This document shows, one piece after another, positions 31,472 to 42,151 of a stretch of 64,000 bases of DNA (position 1 is its first letter; every line of letters begins with the position of its first letter). The notes below the pieces were generated by a model that did no database searches, was not told the origin of the DNA, and saw only the letters and a list, made by a program, of their open reading frames with translations. Both the position numbers and the translations under genes were made by a program. The DNA comes from Acidobacteriota bacterium (GTDB lineage Bacteria; Acidobacteriota; UBA890; WLXD01): NCBI GenBank assembly GCA_963666055.2, contig CAXWPH010000015.1, forward strand, positions 1,568,001 to 1,632,000, written 5' to 3'.

Positions 31472-32832
31472 CTCGATGCCCCCGCCGAAACTCCAGCACG
31501 AAGCGTGGCGCTCGCCGACGGCGTTTCGCCCGGATCGGCGCCCTGCTCGCGAAGGCGGCGCTGCAGCGCCGTCACGTCGATTTCGCGAACCGCCGCCCCG
31601 GACTCGACCGCCATGGCCGCAGCCAATCCGGCGGCCTCTCCCATCGCCATGCACGGTGGGATCTCGCGCGACGTCTTCTGTGCCTCGGGCGTTGCCGAGT
31701 AGTGCCGCCCGGCAACCAGAAGCTGACCGACCCCGCGGGGCAGCAGCGCCCGGTACGGTGTGTAGTAATCACGCCCGCGGGCGATGCTGTCGGCGAAGTG
31801 GACGCGGTTGGCAACGTCGTCGTGGGTCACGACGTACTCGCCCCGGAGCATGCGGGTCTGACGTACCCCGGTCTGCGGCGCCACGTCGACGAGCTGACAG
31901 CGCTCGAAGCCCGGTAGGTGGCCCCGTGCGTGCTCGATCACGGCGTCGATACGCCGGCGTCCCTCGAGGACGGCAGCGGTCAAGTCGTTCACCTTGGCGC
32001 CATCGTATCCGGTGAGGTGTGGACAATTGCACCAAACGACGCCCGGTAGGGGCGTCTTCAGCCACCAGCGGGCCCACGAGCCGCCGAGTATCTTGCGAGC
32101 CTCACGGTCGAGACGCGTGAACTCGTCGTGCTCCTCGAACTCGAACCTCTCTGCCGCAGCCGTATCGACGTCGCCGAGCCTGAACACGGTGGTCAACATG
32201 TATGTACCGCCGACGAAGTCGGCACCGGCGCGCACGGCCACATCGAGATCACCGGTAGCGTCGATCACCACGCCGCCGAGGATCGCCTGTCTACCCTCCT
32301 TGGTGTCGCAGATCACGCCTTCCACCCGTCCGTCATTCATCACCGCAGCCGAAAACCATGAATGTAGGCGCAGACGCACACCAGTTTCGGCGACCATATC
32401 TTCTGAGGCGCGCTTCCACGCTTCGGGGTCGAACGCCACGGCGTAGGTAATGGGTTGCGGACGGTCGCGCGAGTAGTAGTCGTACACGCCCCAACGCGAC
32501 CACTTGCGCCACATCTCGGGGCTCGGTTGACGGTCCTCAGGAGGCGGGTATACCGCTAGGCCCATACGGTCCATGCGGTCGATGACCTCCTGGCAGATGC
32601 CGCGGACCACCACCTCGGCGCCGTCGCACATGTCGTCGAGCACCAGCACCTGGCCCCCGGAGGCCAGGCCGCCAAGATGCGAGTAGCGTTCGAGAAGGGT
32701 GACGCGTGCGCCGCTTCTTGCTGCCGCGACCGCCGCCGCCAGGCCGGCCGGTCCGCCGCCAACGACGACGACGTCACAGCGGTCAACAACCGGCGTGTGC
32801 CGCGCCGGCTCTTCAATGAAATCCGAGGTCAT
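31468..32832 (-). CDS. FAD-dependent oxidoreductase (FAD_oxidored-like)
   Basis: DVVVVGGGPAG, IDATGDLD, GVRQTR, PYRALLP, LLVAGR, CMAMGEAAG. Confidence 0.88.
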   Translation of the reverse strand: MTSDFIEEPARHTPVVDRCDVVVVGGGPAGLAAAVAAARSGARVTLLERYSHLGGLASGGQVLVLDDMCDGAEVVVRGICQEVIDRMDRMGLAVYPPPEDRQPSPEMWRKWSRWGVYDYYSRDRPQPITYAVAFDPEAWKRASEDMVAETGVRLRLHSWFSAAVMNDGRVEGVICDTKEGRQAILGGVVIDATGDLDVAVRAGADFVGGTYMLTTVFRLGDVDTAAAERFEFEEHDEFTRLDREARKILGGSWARWWLKTPLPGVVWCNCPHLTGYDGAKVNDLTAAVLEGRRRIDAVIEHARGHLPGFERCQLVDVAPQTGVRQTRMLRGEYVVTHDDVANRVHFADSIARGRDYYTPYRALLPRGVGQLLVAGRHYSATPEAQKTSREIPPCMAMGEAAGLAAAMAVESGAAVREIDVTALQRRLREQGADPGETPSASATLRAGVSAGASS

Positions 32833-33575
32833 GGCGCCGCGTCCCAGGTAACGATGCGCCGCTCGAGCCAGCTGATGAGGGCGAAGAACGCAACGGAGAA
32901 GGCCGAGGCGAGCACCACCGAAGCGTACAGCAGCGGCGTGTCGAAGTTGTATGTCGCCTGGATGATGAGCGCGCCTAACCCCGCAGTGCTGCCGATCCAT
33001 TCGCCGACGATGGCGCCGATCACCGCTGTCGAGGTGGCGATGCGCAGAGAAGCGAACAGGTAGGGCAACGAATTGGGTAACCGCAACTTGAAGAACACTT
33101 CCCGGTCGCTGGCCGCCAAGACGCGCATTAGCTCCACCGAGCGTGGGTTCACCGACGACAGCCCACGCACCATATTCACCAGTGTCGGGAAGAAGCAGAT
33201 GAGCGCCGCGATAGCGATCTTGGGCTTCATGTCGTTGCCTAGCAGCAGCACCAGGATCGGCGCGATCGCGACGATCGGAATCGTGTTGATCACCACGGCT
33301 ATCGGAAAGAATGCGTCCTGCAGGGACCGTCTTTGGACGAAGGCGATGGCCAGTAGCACCGAGGCGAAGTTGCCCAGCAGGAACCCGGCCACGCTCTCGA
33401 CGGCGGTAGGTATCAGGTTGGCGAACAAAGTGCCCGCATCGCGCCACAATGTCTCTGCAACCGCCAGGGGCGAGGGCACCAGGTAGCTCGGTATCCGGAG
33501 CCACCAAACCGCGGCCGCCCAGGCGGCGAGTAGCGCGGCGGCGCTGAGCAATGGCAACCATCGTGCCGCCCTCAT
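32829..33575 (-). CDS. NitT/TauT family ABC permease
   Basis: VPSP, IPIVAIAP, KLRLPNSLPYLF, GAIVGEW. Confidence 0.9.
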   Translation of the reverse strand: MRAARWLPLLSAAALLAAWAAAVWWLRIPSYLVPSPLAVAETLWRDAGTLFANLIPTAVESVAGFLLGNFASVLLAIAFVQRRSLQDAFFPIAVVINTIPIVAIAPILVLLLGNDMKPKIAIAALICFFPTLVNMVRGLSSVNPRSVELMRVLAASDREVFFKLRLPNSLPYLFASLRIATSTAVIGAIVGEWIGSTAGLGALIIQATYNFDTPLLYASVVLASAFSVAFFALISWLERRIVTWDAAP

Positions 33576-34378
33576 CCGCACTGCTCCAGCAAGGCTCGCA
33601 GCATTGCCGCCTGGTGCACGAACGGTTCGCTCTCCCGCACCGCAAGCCGGCGCGGCTCGGGCAGATCGGTGGTCGCGATGTCGAGAACCCGCCCCGGCCT
33701 GGCGGCGAGCACCAGCACTCGACGTCCCAGGAACAACGCCTCCGAGATACTGTGGGTGACGAACACGATCGTGGTGCCGGTCTTCTGCCAGATCTGCACC
33801 AGCTCTTGGTTGAGGCGATCGCGGGTGATCTCGTCGAGAGCACCGAACGGCTCATCCATCAGCAGGAGCCGGGGACCGGTGACCAGAGCACGCGCGATGG
33901 CGACTCGCTGGCGCATGCCGCCGGAAAGCTCGTGCGGTAGCGCCAACTCCCGATCGGCGAGGCCTACAAGCGTGAGTAGCTGCGACGGTGTCATGGCGTT
34001 GGCCGGCACGGCGCGCCGCGCTCCGACTTGCAGCGGCAGCTCGACGTTCGCCCGGACACTTCGCCATGGCAGCAGCGCATCCTCCTGGAACACGAAGCCG
34101 ATCTCCTTGCGCTCGCGAGCCGCCTTCGGCGGCTGCCCAAGCACTCGAGCGCTGCCGGACGTGGGGGCGACGAGGTCGGCAATGACGCGCAACAGCGTCG
34201 ACTTGCCACAGCCCGAGGGCCCGATCACGGTCAGGAAGTCGCCGGAGTCGATGGTCAACGACACGTCCTGAAGGGCAACGACGGACCCGCGGTCGCTGGT
34301 GAACTCGACGCTCACGTCCTCGAGTTCGACGATCGCCTGGCGTCGCCGCGGTGCGAACAGCCCGCTGTCAGCGTTCAA
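33572..34378 (-). CDS. NitT/TauT family ABC ATP-binding protein
   Basis: GPSGCGKST, LSGGMRQR, LLMDEPFGALD, VTH; TTG start inferred from AGGAG. Confidence 0.9.
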   Translation of the reverse strand: MNADSGLFAPRRRQAIVELEDVSVEFTSDRGSVVALQDVSLTIDSGDFLTVIGPSGCGKSTLLRVIADLVAPTSGSARVLGQPPKAARERKEIGFVFQEDALLPWRSVRANVELPLQVGARRAVPANAMTPSQLLTLVGLADRELALPHELSGGMRQRVAIARALVTGPRLLLMDEPFGALDEITRDRLNQELVQIWQKTGTTIVFVTHSISEALFLGRRVLVLAARPGRVLDIATTDLPEPRRLAVRESEPFVHQAAMLRALLEQCG

Positions 34379-34412
34379 CCTTGCTGCTCTCCTTGCCGCG
34401 ATCGGCTCCGTC

Positions 34413-35453
34413 TCACGCCGGTGCACCAAGGTGTGGGCGTGCGTCGCGGGTGGCGTCGAGGATGGCGCCGGATACCAAATCGTCCAGCCGCGGAGCCCGG
34501 GTGGAGAACTGCCCGAGTCGCGCGTAGGTCTCCAGCTGCTCGCTCCAGGTGTCCGGCGACATGCTGCCCCAGCCAAACTCGGCGGTGCGCTCGTTGAACA
34601 CATAGGGCATCTGGAGGCGGGCGGCGAGAATCTCGTCTTCGGGCCGCAGGATCGGATACTCATCGGTGAGCAACTCGACGGCGCGTTCCGGGTTACCGTG
34701 GACGAAGGCCCAGCCGCGGCCGCTGGCACGCAGGAACGCCGTGAGGACATCGGCGTCCTCGTCCAGCGTCCGGTGGGTAGCGTAGTAGGGCATGGCGTAC
34801 AACCGGATTCCGGCGTCCCAGAGCCGCATGGAGAGCTGGCGCCCACCGAGTGGTCGCAGCGATGCAGCGTTTGTCGCCCAGCCGGTGATCACGTCGACCT
34901 GTCCAGTGGCCAGGGGTACGAGCGAGGAGCCGACGACCTGCACTTCGAGCCGCGACGGGTCGATCTGATGTCGCGCCAAGAGCGCGTTGAGCAATACTCG
35001 GCCAGTGGGCTGAATACCTATCCGCTTGCCAACCAGATCGCCGGGCTCGTACACCGGGTTCTCGGGCAGCGAGAAGTAAGTGTACGGGTGCTCCTGCATT
35101 GCCACCGCGAAGCAACGAATCGGGATACCCTGCGAGACCGCCAGCATGATCGACGGACTAGATGTCGTCTCGCCAACCAGGTAGCGCCCCGAGGCGACGA
35201 TGGCCACGCCGTCGATGTTGGCTCCTCCGGGACGAATCCGGAAAGCGAGACCCTCCTCGTCGAAGAACCCCAGGCGCGCCGCCGCCACCTCGCCGAGTTG
35301 ATTGACCCCCACCAGCCAGCCGAGCTGCATCTCGACGATTCGGCGTCCGTCCGCCGTCGTTCCTGACGTTCCTACGCATGCCCCGAGCCCCAATCCGCCG
35401 ACGGCTGCGGCGCACCCATGCAGGAAAGCGCGCCTTGTCCGAGTGTTGCTCAT
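34413..35453 (-). CDS. ABC substrate-binding protein (NMT1/THI5-like), Tat lipoprotein
   Basis: TRRAFL + LGAC; QLGW, GFFDEEGL, PGG, DLVGKRIG. Confidence 0.85.
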   Translation of the reverse strand: MSNTRTRRAFLHGCAAAVGGLGLGACVGTSGTTADGRRIVEMQLGWLVGVNQLGEVAAARLGFFDEEGLAFRIRPGGANIDGVAIVASGRYLVGETTSSPSIMLAVSQGIPIRCFAVAMQEHPYTYFSLPENPVYEPGDLVGKRIGIQPTGRVLLNALLARHQIDPSRLEVQVVGSSLVPLATGQVDVITGWATNAASLRPLGGRQLSMRLWDAGIRLYAMPYYATHRTLDEDADVLTAFLRASGRGWAFVHGNPERAVELLTDEYPILRPEDEILAARLQMPYVFNERTAEFGWGSMSPDTWSEQLETYARLGQFSTRAPRLDDLVSGAILDATRDARPHLGAPA

Positions 35454-35551
35454 GGCGGCGAATCTATCGCCGTCCCTAGGTGCGGGACAACCAGCTGTCG
35501 AGGGGAGCTCGGAGCGTGGGTCTCCTGAGGCCCTTCCCTCGTCCTCCGAGA

Positions 35552-37369
35552 TCAGACGGCCGCCGCCTTCTCCTGCGCCGCTTCTTGGAGGCGTGACCGC
35601 AGGGCGTCGAGTTGCTGCGTCAGCGCTTCGGGGAGGCGCTCGCCGAACTGCTCGTAGTGCTGCTCGATCAACGGGATCTCCTGCTGCCAGCCGTCGATGT
35701 CGACGCGCAGCAGTTCCTCGAGATCGCTCCGCGCAAGGTCCATCCCGCTGACGTCCAGGGCGTCGGCAGTGGGCATGCGGCCGACGGGTGTGTCGATGGT
35801 TTCGCTGAGTCCGTCGCAGCGCTCGAACACCCACTTGAGGACACGCGAGTTGTCGCCGAAACCGGGCCAAAGGAAGCGGCGGTCGGCGTCACGGCGGAAC
35901 CAGTTCACGTAGAAGATCTTCGGTAGCTTGGCTGGGTCAGTCTTCGCTCCGAGACGCAGCCAATGGGCGAAGTAATCGCCCATGTGGTAACCGCAGAAGG
36001 GCAACATGGCCATTGGGTCACGGCGTACCTCGCCAACTTGCCCGGCGGCGGCAGCGGTCTTCGCCGACGACATGATCGAGCCCAGGAACGTGCCGTGCTC
36101 CCAATCGAAGGCCTCGGTGACCAATGGGATCACGGTTTCGCGGCGACCACCGAACAGGAAGGCGCTGATCGGCACTCCCGCCGGGTCCTCCCATTCCGGC
36201 GCGATCACCGGGCACTGGTGGGCGGGGGCGGTGAACCGGGCGTTCGGATGTGTCGCCGGCCGACCCGAGTCGGGCGTCCAAGGTCGTCGCAGCCAGTCGA
36301 CAAGCTCGGGGGGCGCTTCAGGCGTCATGCGCTCCCACCACGCGTCGCCGTCCGGGGTGAGGGCGCAGTTCGTGAAGATCGAGTTGCTCGCCAGCGACAG
36401 CATGGCGTTGGGGTTCGATTGGACGCTAGTACCGGGCGCGACGCCGAAGAACCCGGCCTCGGGATTGATCGCGTAAAGTCGCCCATCTTCGCCGAATTTC
36501 ATCCAGGCGATGTCGTCACCGATTGTTTCCACCTTCCAGCCAGGCAGCGTCGGGTTCATCATCGCCAGGTTGGTCTTGCCGCAGGCGCTGGGAAACGCGG
36601 CGGTGATGTATTTCGCGTCACCGGCGGGCGAGGTGAGCTTCAGGATCAGCATGTGCTCGGCGAGCCAACCGTTGTCGCGGGCCTGTACCGAGGCGATGCG
36701 CAGTGCATGGCACTTCTTGCCGAGCAGCGCGTTGCCACCGTAGCCGGAGCCGTACGACATGATCTCGCGGCTCTCGGGGAAGTGGGCGATGTACTTGTTG
36801 TCGGTGTCGCATGGCCAGGGCAGGTCTGGCTGTCGGTCGCTGGTGAGCGGGTAGCCGACGGAGTGCAGCCCGCTCACGAAGCTGTCGTCGTTGCCGAGCA
36901 CCTCGAGCACGGGAGTCCCCACCCGGGCCATGATGTGTAGGTTGCAAACCACATACGGCGAGTCGCTGATCTCGATGCCGATCTTGGAGATGGGGCTGCC
37001 GATCGGTCCCATCGAATAAGGGATCACGTACATCGCGCGTCCGCGCATGCAGCCTTCGTAGAGGCCTCGCAGCGTGGTGCGCATGTCGTCCGGATCGGCC
37101 CAGTTGTTGGTCGGTCCGGCATCTGTTTTCGACTCCGAACAAATGAACGTTTGATCCTCTACGCGCGCCACATCGGCGGGATCCGAGCGGCACAGGAAAC
37201 TGTTCGGGCGTTTGTCCGGATCGAGTCGGATGTACGTACCCGAATCGACCATGAGCTGGCTCAGGCGCTCGTATTCCTCTTGCGAGCCATCACACCAGAC
37301 AACCGTGTCCGGCTCGCACAGCTGTTGGACCTCGTCGACCCAGGCGTTGAGCTTGTCGTTGGTGGCCAC
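35552..37369 (-). CDS. pckG: Phosphoenolpyruvate carboxykinase (GTP)
   Basis: [54 protein letters not shown]. Confidence 0.96.
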   Translation of the reverse strand: MATNDKLNAWVDEVQQLCEPDTVVWCDGSQEEYERLSQLMVDSGTYIRLDPDKRPNSFLCRSDPADVARVEDQTFICSESKTDAGPTNNWADPDDMRTTLRGLYEGCMRGRAMYVIPYSMGPIGSPISKIGIEISDSPYVVCNLHIMARVGTPVLEVLGNDDSFVSGLHSVGYPLTSDRQPDLPWPCDTDNKYIAHFPESREIMSYGSGYGGNALLGKKCHALRIASVQARDNGWLAEHMLILKLTSPAGDAKYITAAFPSACGKTNLAMMNPTLPGWKVETIGDDIAWMKFGEDGRLYAINPEAGFFGVAPGTSVQSNPNAMLSLASNSIFTNCALTPDGDAWWERMTPEAPPELVDWLRRPWTPDSGRPATHPNARFTAPAHQCPVIAPEWEDPAGVPISAFLFGGRRETVIPLVTEAFDWEHGTFLGSIMSSAKTAAAAGQVGEVRRDPMAMLPFCGYHMGDYFAHWLRLGAKTDPAKLPKIFYVNWFRRDADRRFLWPGFGDNSRVLKWVFERCDGLSETIDTPVGRMPTADALDVSGMDLARSDLEELLRVDIDGWQQEIPLIEQHYEQFGERLPEALTQQLDALRSRLQEAAQEKAAAV

Positions 37370-37637
37370 GCGAAATCCTCGAATTGCGGTGTAGAACTCA
37401 GCAGGTTCCGGCTAGATGCCAGATCGGCATGCCGGAGATACGGTGAATTTAAACAGACAGGAACGCTGCGCGTCGCCCTCGGTCTGCTACTAGTCTGACG
37501 GTTGCAAAAATCTGTCGAGAGGTCGTCGACGACCAGACCTGCCGGCCGCGAGGCTCCCGACCCGCAGCGGTCGTGAGGCAAGCGCATCGTCTGGATGGCA
37601 AACTGCGTGCTCGAACCAGAGCCCCCGGAGCTACTTG

Positions 37638-39179
37638 ATGACCGAGTTGATACAACTGGACTCGCCGCGGCCGCCCAAATGGGCCAAGGTCATCGATCAC
37701 GATGTCTGTATCGGGTGCCACGCTTGCTCGACGGCGTGCAAGTCGGAGAATGCCGTTCCCCTGTCGGTGAATCGCACCTATGTGAAATATGTCGACGTGG
37801 GCGTGTTCCCGAACGCTCACCGAGCATTCCAGGTGACGCGCTGCAATCAGTGCGACAATCCGCCTTGCGCCACCGCTTGCCCGACCTCGGCGATGTACCA
37901 GAGGCCGGACGGCATCGTCGACTTCGACAAATCGATCTGCATCGGCTGCAAGGCGTGTATCGCTGCCTGTCCTTACGACGCTATCTTTATCAACCCGGAG
38001 GACCACGCGGCGGAGAAGTGCAACTTCTGCGCTCACCGACTCGATATCGGCCTGGAGCCGGCCTGTGTCGTCGTGTGTCCCACCGAGGCGATCCTGGTGG
38101 GCGACATGCACGATCCGACGTCGCGTGTCTCGCAGATCGTGCAGCGCGAGCCAGTGTCGGTACGGCGTCCAGAGAAGGAGACGGCGCCGAAGCTGTTTTA
38201 TACGGGTGCCACACAGGTCACACTCGATCCGCTGGCGGCTCAGCGCCCCCCGGGGGGCCTGTTCATGTGGAGCGAGCAGACTTCTGGTGGGCAGCACGTC
38301 GTCTCCGGTCACCCGGATCGCCCCAACAACGCTGCCGCCGCCATGCTGTCGTACGACATCCCGCACCAAATTCCGTGGGACTGGCGGGTGAGCGCCTACA
38401 CGTGGACCAAGGGGATCGCGGCGGGGAGCTATCTGGTAGCCGGGTTGGCGGTCCTGCTGGGCTTCCTCGAGGCTACTCACCCGCTGTGGCAGTGGGTCGC
38501 GCCGCTGGCTGCGATGGTCTTTCTGGCGATCACGGGCGGTTTGCTGATCGGCGACCTGGAGCACCCCAAACGCTTCTACTACATCTTCACGCGGCCGCAG
38601 TGGCGAAGCTGGCTGGTGAAGGGCGCCGTGATCATCACGGCGTACGCGGCTGTGCTAACGGGACATCTGATCTGTAGCCTGCTCGGCGCCTACCAGATCC
38701 AGCTGGGATTGCTGCTTCCGGGGTTGCCCTTGGCAGTGATGACAGCGGTGTACACGGCCTATCTGTTTGCCCAAGCGAAGGGCCGCGACCTGTGGCAGAG
38801 CCCGCTGCTGCCAGCGCACATGGCGGTGCAAGCGATGCTCGCCGGCGCCGCTGTGCTGCTGCTCTCGGCGACATTCGTAGCGATTCCCGCCGCCGCGCGG
38901 TCGATGCTGCTGGGCGTCTTGTGTCTGGCCTGCGGTGCACATCTCGCCATGGTCTGGGGCGAGGTGACGCTCACACACTCCACCGCCCACGCCGGTCTGG
39001 CGATCGAGGAGATGACCCGAGGACGCTACGCCTGGTATTTCCGCATCGGCCTGGTGCTGACATTCGCCGGGCTGCTGGCTCCGTGGTGGATGATCACCTC
39101 CGCGCTGGCGGCGCTGGCCGGCCTCCTGTTGCACGAGCACGCCTACGTTCAGGCGGGCCAGTCCGTGCCGCTCGCATGA
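37638..39179 (+). CDS. Fused 4Fe-4S (PsrB/NrfC-like) + NrfD/PsrC membrane anchor
   Basis: CIGCHACSTAC, CNQCDNPPCATACP, CIGCKACIAACP, KCNFC..CVVVCP, then about 8 TMs with DLEHPKRF. Confidence 0.88.
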   Translation: MTELIQLDSPRPPKWAKVIDHDVCIGCHACSTACKSENAVPLSVNRTYVKYVDVGVFPNAHRAFQVTRCNQCDNPPCATACPTSAMYQRPDGIVDFDKSICIGCKACIAACPYDAIFINPEDHAAEKCNFCAHRLDIGLEPACVVVCPTEAILVGDMHDPTSRVSQIVQREPVSVRRPEKETAPKLFYTGATQVTLDPLAAQRPPGGLFMWSEQTSGGQHVVSGHPDRPNNAAAAMLSYDIPHQIPWDWRVSAYTWTKGIAAGSYLVAGLAVLLGFLEATHPLWQWVAPLAAMVFLAITGGLLIGDLEHPKRFYYIFTRPQWRSWLVKGAVIITAYAAVLTGHLICSLLGAYQIQLGLLLPGLPLAVMTAVYTAYLFAQAKGRDLWQSPLLPAHMAVQAMLAGAAVLLLSATFVAIPAAARSMLLGVLCLACGAHLAMVWGEVTLTHSTAHAGLAIEEMTRGRYAWYFRIGLVLTFAGLLAPWWMITSALAALAGLLLHEHAYVQAGQSVPLA

Positions 39180-39186
39180 GGACACG

Positions 39187-42108
39187 ATGAACGACCTCGA
39201 GAAGCTGAACGAGCGGGTAAGCGCCGCGCGGCGCGAGGTCGAGGGGCGTGGCGAGACCTTTTATCCGGGCCCGAGTCGCATCCATCTGGCCAGCTTTCCG
39301 CCCAAGGAGCGGTGGGACGACTGGGTGGAGCTCGAGTCACGCGCCTGGCCTCGTCGTGAGGAACGTCACTACATGCTGGTACCCACGACCTGCTTCAACT
39401 GCGAATCGGCATGTGGGCTTCTCGCCTACATCGATCGAGACACCATGCAGGTACGAAAGTTCGAGGGCAATCCGGAGCACCCAGGTTCGCGCGGCCGCAA
39501 CTGCGCCAAGGGGCCGGCGACGCTTAACCAGATCACCGATCCCGACCGCATCCTCTACCCACTCAAACGTGTCGGCGCTCGCGGCGAGGGTAAGTGGAAG
39601 CAAGTGTCGTGGGACGAGGCCCTCAACGATATCGCCGGCCGCCTACGCAACACGATCTCGGAGAACCGCCACAACGAGATCATGTATCACGTCGGAAGGC
39701 CGGGTGAGGATGGCTTCACCGAGCGGGTGATTGCGTCGTGGGGGGTCGATGGCTACAACTCCCACACCAACGTGTGCTCCGCCGGCGCGCGCACCGGCTA
39801 CGCGCTGTGGTGCGGAATCGATCGGCCCAGCCCGGATCATGCCAACGCCGACGTGATGTTGTTGGTGTCGGCGCATCTCGAGACGGGCCACTACTTCAAC
39901 CCACACGCCCAGCGCATCACCGAGGCGCGTCGCCGCGGGGCCAAGCTCATCGTCTTCGATACCCGGATGTCGAACACCGCCACCCACGCCGACTATTGGC
40001 TGGCGAGTTACCCGGGATCCGAGGCGGCAGTGTTGCTGGCGATCGCCAACCATCTGATCAAGAACGAACTCTACGATCGCGAGTTCGTGCGTCGCTGGTG
40101 GAACTGGCAAGAGTACATGGTGAAGGAGCGTGCCGATGAGGCCGCTACCTTCGAGTCCTTCGAGACAGCGCTCAGGGGACTCTATGCCGAGTTCACTTTC
40201 GAGTTCGCCGCCCAGGAGTCGGGGCTCGATGCCGACGTTATCGCCGAAGTGGCTGCCGTGGTGGCGGGCGCCGGTACCCGGTTGGCCACCCACAGTTGGC
40301 GCAGTGCCGCCGCCGGCAACGAGGGAGGCTGGCAAGTGGCACGTACGCTGATGCTCCTCAACGCGCTGACCGGATCGGTGGCGACGCCCGGTGGTACCTA
40401 CCCGAACGCCTGGAACAAGTTCGTACCCCGGCCCATCCACGCACCGAGTCATCCCAAGACATGGAACGAGCTCAACTGGCCGCGGCAGTACCCGCTGTCG
40501 ATGTACGAGCTGTCGTTCCTGTTGCCGCACCTGATGCGCGAGCAGAACGGACATCTCGACGTCTACTTCACCCGCGTATATAACCCGGTGTGGACCAATC
40601 CCGACGGCTTTTCGTGGATCGAGATGCTGAGCGACGAGGCCAAGGTGGGCCTCTACGTAGCGCTCACGCCGACCTGGAACGAAACCGCTTACTTCGCCGA
40701 CTACGTGCTGCCGATGGGCCACGGATCGGAGCGTCACGACATTCACTCCTATGAGACCCACGACGCCCAGTGGCTGGGCTTTCGCCAGCCGGTGATGCGC
40801 GCTGCCCGCGAGCGTCTGGGTGAAGTCATCACCGATACCCGGCAGGTCAACCCCGGCGAGGTATGGGAGGAGAACGAGTTCTGGATCGATCTGACTTGGC
40901 GCATCGACCCCGACGGCGATCTCGGCATCCGCTGGTTCGCCGAGTCGAAAGCGCGGCCGGGCGAGAAGCTGACCGTCGACGAGTACTACGGCTACATCTT
41001 CGACAACTCGGTTCCGGGCCTGCCGGAGGCGGCCAAGGCCGAGGGCCTGACGCCGTTGCAGTACATGCGGCGCTACGGTGCCTTCGAGCTATCCGACCAT
41101 GTCGGCCCGCTGTACGAAGAAGAGGTCGCTGACGATCAGCTGGTCGATATCGGCGAGGACTTGTTCGGTCGCGTCTACACTGCGGCGCCCGCCCCGGCGC
41201 CCGACAACCTCGTGCCCACCGGCGTCCCGGACCCTGATGAGGAAGGTCGCCGCCCCGCCGGCGTGCGCGTCGACGGCGTCGTCCGGCGAGGCTTCCCGAC
41301 GCCGAGCGGGCGACTCGAGTTCTATTCATCAACGCTGGCGCAGTGGGGCTGGCCGCAGTTCGCGCTGCCCAACTACATTCGAAGTCACGTGCATCCCGAC
41401 AACCTCGACGACGGACAGGTGCCGTTGATCTCGACGTTCAGGCTGCCGGTGCAGATTCACACGCGCTCGGCCAACGCCAAGTGGCTCGACGAGATCGCCC
41501 ACACGAACCCCCTGTGGATCCACACATCACACGCCGCTGGTCTGGGGCTACGAACCGGGGACCTGGTGCGTGTCGAGACCGAGATCGGCTACTTCGTCGT
41601 CAAGGCCTGGGTTACCGAGGGGATCCGCCCCGGCGTCGTTGCCTGTAGCCACCATATGGGCCGTTGGAAGCTCCACGACGAAGGGCAGCGGCAGTTGATG
41701 GCCACCGTTGCCCTCGACCGTGAGGGCAGCAGTTGGGGCATGAGTCGTCGTCGCGCGGGTGGCCCGTACGAGTCCGACGATCCGGACACCCGGCGCATTT
41801 GGTGGACCGATGTCGGCGTGCACCAGAACCTCACGTTCCCGGTCCATCCGGACCCGGTGTCGGGCATGCACTGCTGGCACCAGGCGGTGCGCGTCATGCC
41901 AGCCAAGCCGGGCGACAGCTACGGCGACATCGCTGTCGATACCGAGCGCTCGCGGCGCGTCCACGAGGAGTGGCTGAAGAAGACCCGGCCGGCGGACGTG
42001 CATTCGCCGGACGGTACTCGGCGCCCGTTCTGGTTGGTGCGGCCGCTCAAGCCCTCACGCGACGTCTACGTGCTACCCGGCCGCGAGCCGGAGGTTGTGC
42101 CGTCGTAG
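39187..42108 (+). CDS. Molybdopterin (DMSO reductase family) oxidoreductase catalytic subunit, Psr/Arr/Ttr-like, no Tat signal
   Basis: CFNCESAC..NCAKG FeS motif, RILYPLKR, SWDEAL, SHTNVC putative Cys ligand, ADYVLP, C-terminal Mo-binding domain. Confidence 0.88.
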   Translation: MNDLEKLNERVSAARREVEGRGETFYPGPSRIHLASFPPKERWDDWVELESRAWPRREERHYMLVPTTCFNCESACGLLAYIDRDTMQVRKFEGNPEHPGSRGRNCAKGPATLNQITDPDRILYPLKRVGARGEGKWKQVSWDEALNDIAGRLRNTISENRHNEIMYHVGRPGEDGFTERVIASWGVDGYNSHTNVCSAGARTGYALWCGIDRPSPDHANADVMLLVSAHLETGHYFNPHAQRITEARRRGAKLIVFDTRMSNTATHADYWLASYPGSEAAVLLAIANHLIKNELYDREFVRRWWNWQEYMVKERADEAATFESFETALRGLYAEFTFEFAAQESGLDADVIAEVAAVVAGAGTRLATHSWRSAAAGNEGGWQVARTLMLLNALTGSVATPGGTYPNAWNKFVPRPIHAPSHPKTWNELNWPRQYPLSMYELSFLLPHLMREQNGHLDVYFTRVYNPVWTNPDGFSWIEMLSDEAKVGLYVALTPTWNETAYFADYVLPMGHGSERHDIHSYETHDAQWLGFRQPVMRAARERLGEVITDTRQVNPGEVWEENEFWIDLTWRIDPDGDLGIRWFAESKARPGEKLTVDEYYGYIFDNSVPGLPEAAKAEGLTPLQYMRRYGAFELSDHVGPLYEEEVADDQLVDIGEDLFGRVYTAAPAPAPDNLVPTGVPDPDEEGRRPAGVRVDGVVRRGFPTPSGRLEFYSSTLAQWGWPQFALPNYIRSHVHPDNLDDGQVPLISTFRLPVQIHTRSANAKWLDEIAHTNPLWIHTSHAAGLGLRTGDLVRVETEIGYFVVKAWVTEGIRPGVVACSHHMGRWKLHDEGQRQLMATVALDREGSSWGMSRRRAGGPYESDDPDTRRIWWTDVGVHQNLTFPVHPDPVSGMHCWHQAVRVMPAKPGDSYGDIAVDTERSRRVHEEWLKKTRPADVHSPDGTRRPFWLVRPLKPSRDVYVLPGREPEVVPS

Positions 42109-42151
42109 CGCCAGGCGTCGGGCGTGTTGGGCACTGGCCGCGAGCTGTCAG

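Noticed and set aside
35454-35551. TPP riboswitch upstream of the NMT1-like binding protein
   Set aside because: No CTGAGA or ACCTGA core; only a ctcggag/ctccgag stem after pckG
37490-37600. Possible MITE end ctagtctgacggttgcaaaaa upstream of the Mo operon
   Set aside because: Weak similarity and no partner TIR; may be promoter sequence
39187-39260. Tat signal at ARRE in the Mo subunit
   Set aside because: No FLK-like consensus and no hydrophobic region follows
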